Position numbers and translations under genes: made by a program. From assembly GCA_963665665.1 (NCBI GenBank), contig OY762428.1:4416001-4480000 (forward strand): a DNA stretch of 64,000 nt. The letters run 5' to 3'. This DNA comes from Candidatus Kapaibacterium sp. Lineage in GTDB: Bacteria > Bacteroidota > Ignavibacteria > Kapaibacteriales > UBA2268. Every line of letters begins with the position of its first letter. Position 1 is the stretch's first letter. This document shows positions 1-8,649 of this stretch, in pieces. A model generated the notes under the pieces. It was not told the origin of the DNA. It searched no databases and was given only the letters and a program-made list of their open reading frames with translations.

Positions 1-69
1 GTCCTTTTATCACATTGACTAAAGGGGATTTGGAGGAAATTGTTATACTTATATTAATCAATTGATATT

Positions 70-270
70 TTACAACATTTTCCAATCTTCATTTTTATCC
101 TCCAATTCATTAAGCCAGCTTGAAGGATACCCGTCATTGCAGAGTTTAACATAACTGTCCAGCTCATTGGACGGTTTACTTCTGTCCTTTTCGTAATAGC
201 GTTGACAGGATAAATCAAACTCGAACTTGGAAAATCCGGTCTTCCCGATGAACTTATGTTTGACCTTCAG
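70..270 (-). pseudogene. Diverged 3'-end fragment of the primase-helicase gene
   Basis: Translates KVKHKFIGKTGFSKFEFDLSCQRYYEKD...EDKNEDWKML*, 45/65 aa identical by hand count to the C-terminus of ORF 15241-17073; no ATG start in frame. Confidence 0.9.
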
Positions 271-419
271 AGTATTGGCAACAATGAAACTTTTTGTTGT
301 GTATTAATATATAATTCCTTGTTTAATTTGATCTGTTTTATTCTTTTTTAATCAAAACAATATTATTTTTTTATATTTATTATTTTTTTATATTTATTTT
401 TATTTGTGATTGGATAAAC

Positions 420-983
420 ATGAAAATTTATATAAAAAATATGGTCTGCATCCGATGTAGAATGATAGTGAGTTCCGAATTGGAAAAGCTTGGAATTAAC
501 TACAAGAACTTGGTTTTGGGAGAAGTGGAATTAATTAATCATATCTCGCAGGAGCAATTGGATGCTTTAGATATAGGTTTTAGAAAATATGGGCTGGAAC
601 TAATAATTGACAACCGCGCGAAAATAATTGAAAAAATAAAGAATATTATTATTGAACAAATCCATTATTCAGAGGAAGACCTAAAAATCAATTTTCCGGA
701 ACTTCTTAGCAATCAACTTGACTATAATTACAAATACCTTTCAAATCTCTTCTCGGAGATGCATGGCACTACTATAGAAAATTTTATTATTAAGCAGAAA
801 ATTGAACGCGTCAAAGAATTACTTGTCTATAATGAACTAAATTTGTCGGAAATTGCTTGGAAATTAAATTACAGCAGCGTACAGCATCTTTCTAATCAAT
901 TTAAAAAAGTAACCGGATTAACCCCCACATTCTTCAAAAATATGAAAAATAAAAGGCGAATCGACCTCAATAATATCCATTGA
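420..983 (+). CDS. AraC-family regulator with N-terminal HMA-like domain
   Basis: N-terminal MVCIRC motif; C-terminal AraC HTH (LSEIAWKLNYSSVQHLSNQFKKVTG). Confidence 0.9.
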   Translation: MKIYIKNMVCIRCRMIVSSELEKLGINYKNLVLGEVELINHISQEQLDALDIGFRKYGLELIIDNRAKIIEKIKNIIIEQIHYSEEDLKINFPELLSNQLDYNYKYLSNLFSEMHGTTIENFIIKQKIERVKELLVYNELNLSEIAWKLNYSSVQHLSNQFKKVTGLTPTFFKNMKNKRRIDLNNIH

Positions 984-990
984 TCATGGT

Positions 991-1021
991 AATTATATAA
1001 AAATCAATTTAAATTGTGTAA
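991..1021 (+). promoter_or_regulatory. Candidate AraC-type direct-repeat site
   Basis: AATTATATAA (991) and AATTGTGTAA (1012), 21-bp period; same arrangement at 1521/1542. Confidence 0.5.
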
Positions 1022-1104
1022 CTATTTTTTTTATTAATACCCTACATTAGCATTGCGATAATACACAAATGTATTTCGTATTAATAATTATATTAGGAAT
1101 TTTT

Positions 1105-1368
1105 ATGAATTTATATGTAGGGAACCTTCCCAATAGCATGACTGAAGAAGAATTAACTTCGAAATTTAAAGAATATGGAGAAATCCAGTCTTTAAAAATT
1201 ATCACAGACAGAGAGACTGGAAATTCTCGCGGTTTTGGTTTTATTGAAATGTCTGACAATGACGGCAGAAAAGCAATTCAGGAATTGAACGACACTGAAA
1301 TACAGGGAAGACAGATAACTGTTAATGAAGCTAAGGAAAGAAGAGATAATAACAGAAGAAAATATTAA
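1105..1368 (+). CDS. RRM RNA-binding protein
   Basis: RNP2 LYVGNL and RNP1 RGFGFIEM; likely start ATG 1105. Confidence 0.95.
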   Translation: MNLYVGNLPNSMTEEELTSKFKEYGEIQSLKIITDRETGNSRGFGFIEMSDNDGRKAIQELNDTEIQGRQITVNEAKERRDNNRRKY

Positions 1369-1381
1369 TATTATTTTGATT

Positions 1382-1414
1382 TTATAAAACCTGATTGGAA
1401 GTCAGGTTTTATAA
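1382..1414 (+). terminator. Intrinsic terminator
   Basis: TTATAAAACCTGA-ttggaag-TCAGGTTTTATAA hairpin directly after the RRM gene. Confidence 0.8.
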
Positions 1415-1520
1415 TTTATAAATTAAATAACATATTGGAAATCCATAATGTTATAGCTTCTTACTAAATTTTTCAAGTTATCACCAATCATACTTATATC
1501 ATAATTGCCTTCTTTCTGCG

Positions 1521-1551
1521 AATTATGTACATAATATCAAATATTATGTAA
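1521..1551 (+). promoter_or_regulatory. Candidate AraC-type direct-repeat site
   Basis: AATTATGTAC (1521) and TATTATGTAA (1542), 21-bp period, upstream of the cargo operon. Confidence 0.5.
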
Positions 1552-1647
1552 TGCATCTTAGTATATATATTACTAGCTTAGTATAAGAAAAAAATCATTA
1601 AAGACTGAATGTAGTATCTTTAAATATTTCTTCACTTTCTAAGTGGA

Positions 1648-1896
1648 ATTAAATTAAATCAGGAAGAACAAGCCGCGAGACAAAAAAAAGCTATTGTAAA
1701 AGATTTTTTCAAGGACAAAAATATCTGGGAAGCTAAAAAGCAAAAGCTCAGGGAGAAGTTCCCTGAATTAACAGACGAGGATTTATCTTTGGAAGAAGGC
1801 AATGAAGATGGAATGTTAGAAAAAATTCATTCGAAAATCGGAGGCGCTATCGGTAAAACAAAATAAGGATTACATAAATTCATCAAAGCTCTATAA
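1648..1896 (+). pseudogene. CsbD-like general stress protein remnant
   Basis: WEAKKQKLREKFPELTDEDLSLEEGNEDGMLEKIHSKIGGAIGKTK*GLHKFIKAL*; no in-frame ATG, internal TAA at 1864. Confidence 0.65.
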
Positions 1897-1923
1897 TATA
1901 AATGTGCTGACCGGAGAATTATC

Positions 1924-2262
1924 ATGAGAAATACAGATATTGAAAAATCCAAGGCAATGATTACAGTTGAAATTATTGAATATGAACCTCATTCGGTAAT
2001 AAGTAAAACAATAATTAATAAGACGACAGGAATAGTCAGTGTTATGTCATTTGACCTTGGCGAAGCTTTAGTTGAAAAAATAATTCCTTTTGATGCGTAT
2101 GTGCAGATAATAGACGGTAAGGCCGAGATTATAATTGATGGTACATCCTATATCTTAGATACAGGTCAATCCATCGTCATACCGGCACATACGGCAAATA
2201 TTGTAAAAGCAAACGAGAGATTCAAAATGATTCTGACAATTATTAAAAGCGGCTATGAGTAA
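1924..2262 (+). CDS. Cupin domain protein
   Basis: Cupin_2-like (YVQIIDGKAEIIIDG...GQSIVIPAH); RBS GGAG. Confidence 0.85.
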   Translation: MRNTDIEKSKAMITVEIIEYEPHSVISKTIINKTTGIVSVMSFDLGEALVEKIIPFDAYVQIIDGKAEIIIDGTSYILDTGQSIVIPAHTANIVKANERFKMILTIIKSGYE

Positions 2263-2352
2263 TCAACTAATAATATAAATATAACAATACAAAATACTAT
2301 GCATTGTTGAGTGATAAATATAATTATAAATAAATTAACGAAAGAAACTATT

Positions 2353-3243
2353 ATGGAAAACATCCTTTATTTTATCCCGGTTGTAGTAATCGTAATCATA
2401 CTTTTATCGGGAATTAGAATAGTAAGGCCAACTCAAAGAGGTCTGACAGAACGACTTGGAAAATATAACAAGTTTGCAAATCCCGGATTTCACTGGATTA
2501 TACCGGGGATAGAAAAAATGTACAGAGTAAACATTACGGAATCAATGATTGACGCAGAACCACAGGAAATTATAACCAATGATAACCTTAACGCAAGGGT
2601 TGACGCACAGGTTTATTTCAGGGTTAAAAGCGATGAAGATAGCGTGAAAAATTCGATTTATAATGTGAATAACTATGTGTATCAGATAGTAAACCTTGCG
2701 AGAACTACTTTAAGAAATATTATTGGAACTATGACCTTAAAATCAGCCAACAGTGAAAGAGGTAAAATAAACGCAGGGCTTCATAAAACACTTTTGGAGG
2801 AAACAAAAACCTGGGGTATTGAAATAGTCCGTACGGAATTAAAAGAGATCGACCCCCCATCTGATGTACAGGAAACGATGAACAAAGTAGTGAAAGCCGA
2901 AAATGAAAAGGTGGCGGCAGTCGATTTTGCTTCGGCAAGAGAAACGGTTGCTGATGGTGAAAAACGAGCTAAGATTAAAGAAGCGGAAGGATACCGTCAG
3001 GCTAAAATACTTCATGCAGAAGGAGATGCGGCTTCAATCAAATTAGTAAACGAAGCGGCAGACAAATACTTTATCGGCAACGCCCAGCTATTGAGAAAAC
3101 TTGAAACACTAGAGAATTCTTTACAAAACAATGCTAAGATAATTGTACCCCAGGGATCGGAACTTGTAAACGTTATTGGTGAAATGGCAGGGGTTGTTCC
3201 GATAAAAATGAATAAACCGACCATGGACAGCAATAGGGATTAA
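2353..3243 (+). CDS. SPFH/Band 7 membrane protein
   Basis: N-terminal TM helix, ERLGKY...PGFHWIIP, TTLRNIIG motifs; likely ATG 2353. Confidence 0.92.
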   Translation: MENILYFIPVVVIVIILLSGIRIVRPTQRGLTERLGKYNKFANPGFHWIIPGIEKMYRVNITESMIDAEPQEIITNDNLNARVDAQVYFRVKSDEDSVKNSIYNVNNYVYQIVNLARTTLRNIIGTMTLKSANSERGKINAGLHKTLLEETKTWGIEIVRTELKEIDPPSDVQETMNKVVKAENEKVAAVDFASARETVADGEKRAKIKEAEGYRQAKILHAEGDAASIKLVNEAADKYFIGNAQLLRKLETLENSLQNNAKIIVPQGSELVNVIGEMAGVVPIKMNKPTMDSNRD

Positions 3244-3287
3244 ACTGAAAATCAATAAAAACAAAGATCTTATGATCAGGAGATTTA

Positions 3288-4364
3288 ATGAAAGATGAAA
3301 AATTAATCAGGCTCGCTACTGAGCGAAGTAATCCATGTGTTACCATTTCAATGAATACACATAGGACACATCCTGAAAATTCCAAAGACATAATCGGGCT
3401 TAAAAACCTTTTATCAGAAGCAAGAAACCGTGTTATTAAAGAATTTGGCAAACGCGATGTGAGTGATCTACTTGAGAAAATTGATAATTTGGGCAATGAA
3501 ATAGACAGTAATTTCAATCTTGATAGTTTACATATATTTATTTCAAATAAAACCAAGGAAATAATCAGGTCGCCTTTGCCTGTTCAGAAAAATACAGTCC
3601 ATGTATCGAATAGCTTCGCAATCAAACCATTGATAAAAATACTGAATCAAACTGTAGAATACTTCATACTATTATTGTCACAGTCGGGTGTCAAATTGCA
3701 TTATGCAATTAATGATGCAGTTTTGCAAGAAATAACAAATGATGATTTCCCATTTTCAGAAAATCCTCATTATGTATTTGACAAAAATAGATTAAGTGAC
3801 GGGAAGCAAGTTGATAATATGGTTCGTGAGTTTTTCAACAAGGTTGACAAAGCAATGTTAAAAGTATATAACAGAACAAAACTTAGCTGTATTGTGATTT
3901 GTACAGAGGACAATTACAGCCGGTTGATGCAGGTTGCTGACAAGCCATCCATATATTATGGGTATTCCGGGATAAATTATAATGACACTACGGACCAGAG
4001 TTTAGCTGCTCAGGCATGGCCTGTTGTAAAGGGAATGCACCATAAATCCATTGAAGATGACATCAATGAAATGAAGGAAGCAGTAGGAAAGGAATTAGCC
4101 ATAACCAATTTATCTGAAATATTTCGGGCCGTAAAAGAAGGCCGAGGGGATTTATTAATTACTCACAACAATTATTATCAGGCTGTGAAAATGACAGGTA
4201 AATTTACATTTGAACCAGTGCAGGATAATACGCAAGCAGGAGTAATAGATGATATAATAAGTGAAATCGCCTGGGATGTAATTACAAAAAATGGACGTGC
4301 CATATTTGTAGAACAGGAAGATATTCAATCATTGGGCGATATATCATTGAAAATACGATATTAA
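3288..4364 (+). CDS. baeRF3 / Balon-like aeRF1-related ribosome hibernation factor
   Basis: PCVTISMNTHRTHPEN...LKNLL N-terminus and aeRF1-like C-terminus (IFRAVKEGRGDLL...LKIRY). Confidence 0.75.
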   Translation: MKDEKLIRLATERSNPCVTISMNTHRTHPENSKDIIGLKNLLSEARNRVIKEFGKRDVSDLLEKIDNLGNEIDSNFNLDSLHIFISNKTKEIIRSPLPVQKNTVHVSNSFAIKPLIKILNQTVEYFILLLSQSGVKLHYAINDAVLQEITNDDFPFSENPHYVFDKNRLSDGKQVDNMVREFFNKVDKAMLKVYNRTKLSCIVICTEDNYSRLMQVADKPSIYYGYSGINYNDTTDQSLAAQAWPVVKGMHHKSIEDDINEMKEAVGKELAITNLSEIFRAVKEGRGDLLITHNNYYQAVKMTGKFTFEPVQDNTQAGVIDDIISEIAWDVITKNGRAIFVEQEDIQSLGDISLKIRY

Positions 4365-4398
4365 TTTTGTTAAAGAACTTTTATTATCAATACTAATA

Positions 4399-4650
4399 AT
4401 GGAGGAGATCAAAATGGATAAAATTGCAAAAACACTCAGCAATCCTCTCAGTATTGTCCTTGTAGTACTGACAATACTTTTCATGTTATTTGGCGGAGGA
4501 GCATTGATGGTAACATTGGAATATGGCGGAATGATGGGATCGGGGTGGGGAAGCGGAATTAGCTGGATGTGGATTCCGGCTTTGCTTTTTCTTACACTAA
4601 GCATTATGATTGGATGGGTTATGAAAACCAGAATGAAAGATGTAGAATGA
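4399..4650 (+). CDS. Small two-TM membrane protein
   Basis: Two hydrophobic helices around a GGMMGSGWG loop. Confidence 0.7.
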   Translation: MEEIKMDKIAKTLSNPLSIVLVVLTILFMLFGGGALMVTLEYGGMMGSGWGSGISWMWIPALLFLTLSIMIGWVMKTRMKDVE

Positions 4651-4708
4651 ACTATCTATATGAAAGTAATATCATAGATTTTAAAATCAATAAAAAAGAG
4701 AAAATAAC

Positions 4709-5356
4709 ATGAGATTCTATCAACAATCACTAATTTCACTAAGCAGACTCCTGATAATTGCAGCAATTCTGATAACAGGATGCTCAACGACAGGTATGCA
4801 GCGCTCAAAAGAAACATCAACGACTATGGAAACTATGGATAATGATATAAAAATCGTTATGGCACAGCTATATATTACCGGATCGTCACTCGAAGCGCTA
4901 ATGAGGCCCAATCAGCAGGAAATCAGAAAAACATACGTTGCCTTTAAAGAAAATGTTTCAAAGATGGAAGATAAAGAAAAAGACTTCGTAAACCACGCCG
5001 AAGAGATGAAAGGCCGAGGGAAAGAATATTTTGCAGAATGGAAAAAGGAAGGCAATGAATATAAAAATCCGCAAATCCAAGCCTTAAGCGAGCAGCGCCG
5101 TGAAGAATTAGGCTTTATTTATAATGAAATAGCTGCAAGCAGTGTCGGCGTAAAAGAAGCCTACAGAGTTTATTTGTCTGACATCAGAGAAATGCAGATA
5201 TATCTTTCAAACGACTTGACTACAAAAGGTATAAAAGCAATATTGCCTGTTTCGAAAAAAATAGTATCTGATGGAGATAATCTTAAAAATTCCCTTACAA
5301 ATCTTCAGAAAGCAATTGACAGAGCAAGAGAAGAAATGGCTCAAAGCGGAAGATAG
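4709..5356 (+). CDS. DUF2959-like helical lipoprotein
   Basis: Lipobox LITGC; coiled-coil; YLSNDLT motif. Confidence 0.7.
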   Translation: MRFYQQSLISLSRLLIIAAILITGCSTTGMQRSKETSTTMETMDNDIKIVMAQLYITGSSLEALMRPNQQEIRKTYVAFKENVSKMEDKEKDFVNHAEEMKGRGKEYFAEWKKEGNEYKNPQIQALSEQRREELGFIYNEIAASSVGVKEAYRVYLSDIREMQIYLSNDLTTKGIKAILPVSKKIVSDGDNLKNSLTNLQKAIDRAREEMAQSGR

Positions 5357-5398
5357 TGAAATTCAATATGTAAAAGGAATTAAATAAAAGAGATTCTA

Positions 5399-6889
5399 AT
5401 GAATATACTTCTTGTTTATCCTGAATTCCCTGATACTTTCTGGAGCTTCAAACATGCTTTAAGGTTCATAAGGAAGAAAGCAGCATCTCAGCCTTTAGGG
5501 CTTTTGACTATAGCGTCCCTTTTACCAGAGGAATGGAATAAGCGATTAGTTGACACAAACATAAAAGCTATATCATCGATCGATTTGGAGTGGGCGGATA
5601 TGGTTTTTATAAGTGCCATGAGTATTCAAAAGGATTCAGCGATAAAAATTATAAAGCAATGCAATAAAGAAAATAAAAAAATCGTTGCAGGCGGCCCTTT
5701 ATTTACTACAGAACCTGAATTATTCGACACAATCGAGCATTTGGTACTGGATGAAGCAGAAATTACTCTAGTGGAATTTTTAAATGATCTAAAGCATGGT
5801 AGTCCAAAAAAGATATATACGACTGATGATTTCCCTGATATAAAAATAACTCCAAAACCAATGTGGGAATTAGCTGATATAAAAAAATATGCTACAATGA
5901 ACATTCAATATTCAAGGGGCTGTCCATACAAATGTGAATTTTGCAATATAACGACATTATTCGGGCATAAGCCACGCACAAAAAACGTCGAACAAATATT
6001 AAACGAACTTGATTCGCTTTACAATTTAGGATGGCGAAAGAGTATTTTTTTTGTTGATGATAATTTCATTGGAAATAAAAAGAGTTTAAAAGAGGAATTG
6101 CTACCCGCTCTGATTGAATGGCGTAAAGGTAAAAAAGGTATTTCTTTTAATACCGAAGTATCAATAAACCTGGCAGATGATAAAGAGCTAATGAAGCTTA
6201 TGGTAAAGGCGGGTTTCGATATGGTATTCATTGGAATTGAAACTCCTGAAGAGCTAAGTCTTGCTGAATGCAATAAAAAGCAAAACATGAACCGCGATCT
6301 AATCGGTTGTGTACAGCAAATTCAAAGATCCGGCATTCAGGTTCAGGGTGGTTTTATACTCGGTTTTGACAATGACACGCAATCAACATTCCAAAACGTT
6401 ATTGATTTTATTCAAAATAGCGGAATTGTTACAGCAATGGTTGGTCTTTTGCAGGCTCCGACACATACTCTGCTCTATAAGAGACTAAAGCAGGAAGGCA
6501 GAATACTATCCAGCATGTCAGGAGATAATGTTGATGGGACAACAAATATAGTACCTGTAATGGAACTGGAAAAACTCTTATCTGGCTATAGGCATGTAAT
6601 TAACCAGCTTTATTCACCAAAACTTTATAATAACAGAGTTAAAACTTTTTTTAAAGAATACAAAGCTCCAAAAGTAAAAATAAGATTCAGCTTAATATCT
6701 TTATCTAAAAATATCTTTGCGTTTCTAAGCTCCATTTACATTTTAGGAATAAAGGATACAGAGCGAATCTATTATTGGAAACTGTTTATGTGGACATTAT
6801 TCCGAAAGCCATCGAGATTAGGTTTATCTATAACATTTGCTATATATGGCTATCATTTTCGAATGATATGTGAAAACCATATTAAATAA
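5399..6889 (+). CDS. B12-binding radical SAM protein (DUF4070 C-terminus)
   Basis: CxxxCxxC (CPYKCEFC), N-terminal cobalamin-binding domain, FVDDNF. Confidence 0.92.
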   Translation: MNILLVYPEFPDTFWSFKHALRFIRKKAASQPLGLLTIASLLPEEWNKRLVDTNIKAISSIDLEWADMVFISAMSIQKDSAIKIIKQCNKENKKIVAGGPLFTTEPELFDTIEHLVLDEAEITLVEFLNDLKHGSPKKIYTTDDFPDIKITPKPMWELADIKKYATMNIQYSRGCPYKCEFCNITTLFGHKPRTKNVEQILNELDSLYNLGWRKSIFFVDDNFIGNKKSLKEELLPALIEWRKGKKGISFNTEVSINLADDKELMKLMVKAGFDMVFIGIETPEELSLAECNKKQNMNRDLIGCVQQIQRSGIQVQGGFILGFDNDTQSTFQNVIDFIQNSGIVTAMVGLLQAPTHTLLYKRLKQEGRILSSMSGDNVDGTTNIVPVMELEKLLSGYRHVINQLYSPKLYNNRVKTFFKEYKAPKVKIRFSLISLSKNIFAFLSSIYILGIKDTERIYYWKLFMWTLFRKPSRLGLSITFAIYGYHFRMICENHIK

Positions 6890-6988
6890 GTGGTACTTAA
6901 GTTACAAAAACAAAAATTAACATAATTCAATTAACTAATTCTTAATTATTAATTGATTTTCCGAATAAACTAAAAACATAAGTATAGA

Positions 6989-7801
6989 ATGCAAAATTTT
7001 AAAAGAGCAATTTTGACGCACGGAGGGTCTGCTTCGGATCCAAAGAATTCTGATGGTACCCATACTGCTGCACTAATGGGGATGCATTATTTGAAAAAAG
7101 GGCAGTCTCCTTTAGATGCGGTTGTACATGCTGTAAGATATTTAGAGGATGACCCCCGATTTAATGCCGGCATCGGCTCTCAAATACGTTCAGATGGCAA
7201 AACAATCCAAATGGATGCATCCTGCATGATAAGCAGCGGTGAATTTGGCGCTGTAGCCTGCGTACAAGGTATTCAAAACCCTATTGATATCGCTCATCAG
7301 GTATTGCTCAATTCTTCTCATATCCTATTAGTAGGCGAAGGGGCATGCGTTTTTGCTAAAGATCAAAAGATAAATGTAATACCTCAAATTATTTCTACTG
7401 AGGATAAACCATTTCTAAAATTAGAATCTCATTCATGTGATACTGTAGGGGCAGTAGCATTTGATGGGGAAACTTTTGCAGCTGCTCTAAGTTCGGGAGG
7501 ACTTAAGAACTCCGCTATCGGAAGGGTAGGCGATGTACCACTTCCGGGCTGTGGGCTTTATTGTGGCCCTTTGGGAGTAATAGCCTGCACTGGTGATGGT
7601 GAATTTATAGCTCTCAGAATGCTTGCCAGAGAAATCTATTCTTGGCTTGAACAAAAAATTAGTCCAACAGAAGCCACAAAAAACGCTATGAGCTTATTTG
7701 ACGATTCAGTAGATATTGGAGTCATAATATTAACAAAAAATGAATTCTCTTCAAATGCACGGCACGGAATGGCTTGGTCACAATTAACGGAGATAGAATA
7801 A
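6989..7801 (+). CDS. iaaA: Isoaspartyl peptidase / plant-type L-asparaginase
   Basis: THGG start, FNAGIG, autoprocessing D-TVGAVA, GRVGD, TGDGE. Confidence 0.9.
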   Translation: MQNFKRAILTHGGSASDPKNSDGTHTAALMGMHYLKKGQSPLDAVVHAVRYLEDDPRFNAGIGSQIRSDGKTIQMDASCMISSGEFGAVACVQGIQNPIDIAHQVLLNSSHILLVGEGACVFAKDQKINVIPQIISTEDKPFLKLESHSCDTVGAVAFDGETFAAALSSGGLKNSAIGRVGDVPLPGCGLYCGPLGVIACTGDGEFIALRMLAREIYSWLEQKISPTEATKNAMSLFDDSVDIGVIILTKNEFSSNARHGMAWSQLTEIE

Positions 7802-7803
7802 TT

Positions 7804-8649
7804 ATGACCATGAAACCAGTTTTTCAGGGGCGATTAATTGCAATTGGAGGCAACGAAGACAAAGTTGATGATTTAATTGTACTAAAACGAGTAATTCAAG
7901 AAATCAGAAACTCCGATTTTAAAATTGCAGTGGTTACTTCTGCAAGTAATGAACCCGAACTTCGCGGTAAAGAATATGAGCAGGTTTTCCTTTCTCTCGG
8001 GGCATCAGAAATTAGAATATTAGATATTCAAACAAGGGCTCAAGCGAATGATGTTGCTATAGCAAATAACATCGATGATGTTGATTTGATTTTTATTGCA
8101 GGTGGCGATCAATTAAGATTGACGTCCATACTTGGTGGATCAAGAGTACTGGACAGTATGCAAAACCAACTTAAAACCGGAGTCCTCATTGCAGGAACAA
8201 GTGCAGGAGCTGCAGTATTTTCAGATACAATGATTTATGAAGGAAATAGTGAAGAAGGATTAATAAAAGGAAAAGTATTGTCTACAACAGGCTTTGGTTT
8301 TGTAGAAAATATTGTCTTTGATACTCATTTCATGTCTAGGGGCCGAATTGGCCGTTTGGTTCAAATTGTTACAACAAACCCGAGCTGCATTGGCATTGGA
8401 ATTGGTGAAGATTCAGGTGTAGTCCTGAAAGGAGATGGAACGATTGAAATAATTGGTTCGGGCCAGGTCATAATAGTTGATGGAAGTGAAATTGTTCATT
8501 CCAATATAATGGATATTGAATATGGTGAGTCAATAGCAGTCGAGAATGTCATCATTCACTCATTAGTGAATGGATATATGTACAATTTTAAAGACAGGTC
8601 ATTTTTAAAACCCAAAAAAGTTATGAATAAGGAGAATATGGATGATTGA
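7804..8649 (+). CDS. cphB: Cyanophycinase
   Basis: IGGNED, GGDQ, catalytic GTSAGA, DTHF..RGR.GRL, GIGED. Confidence 0.95.
   Translation: MTMKPVFQGRLIAIGGNEDKVDDLIVLKRVIQEIRNSDFKIAVVTSASNEPELRGKEYEQVFLSLGASEIRILDIQTRAQANDVAIANNIDDVDLIFIAGGDQLRLTSILGGSRVLDSMQNQLKTGVLIAGTSAGAAVFSDTMIYEGNSEEGLIKGKVLSTTGFGFVENIVFDTHFMSRGRIGRLVQIVTTNPSCIGIGIGEDSGVVLKGDGTIEIIGSGQVIIVDGSEIVHSNIMDIEYGESIAVENVIIHSLVNGYMYNFKDRSFLKPKKVMNKENMDD

Noticed and set aside
70-270. DGR template repeat for the helicase C-terminus
   Set aside because: Differences are not adenine-specific, many are synonymous, and no reverse transcriptase is present in the window.
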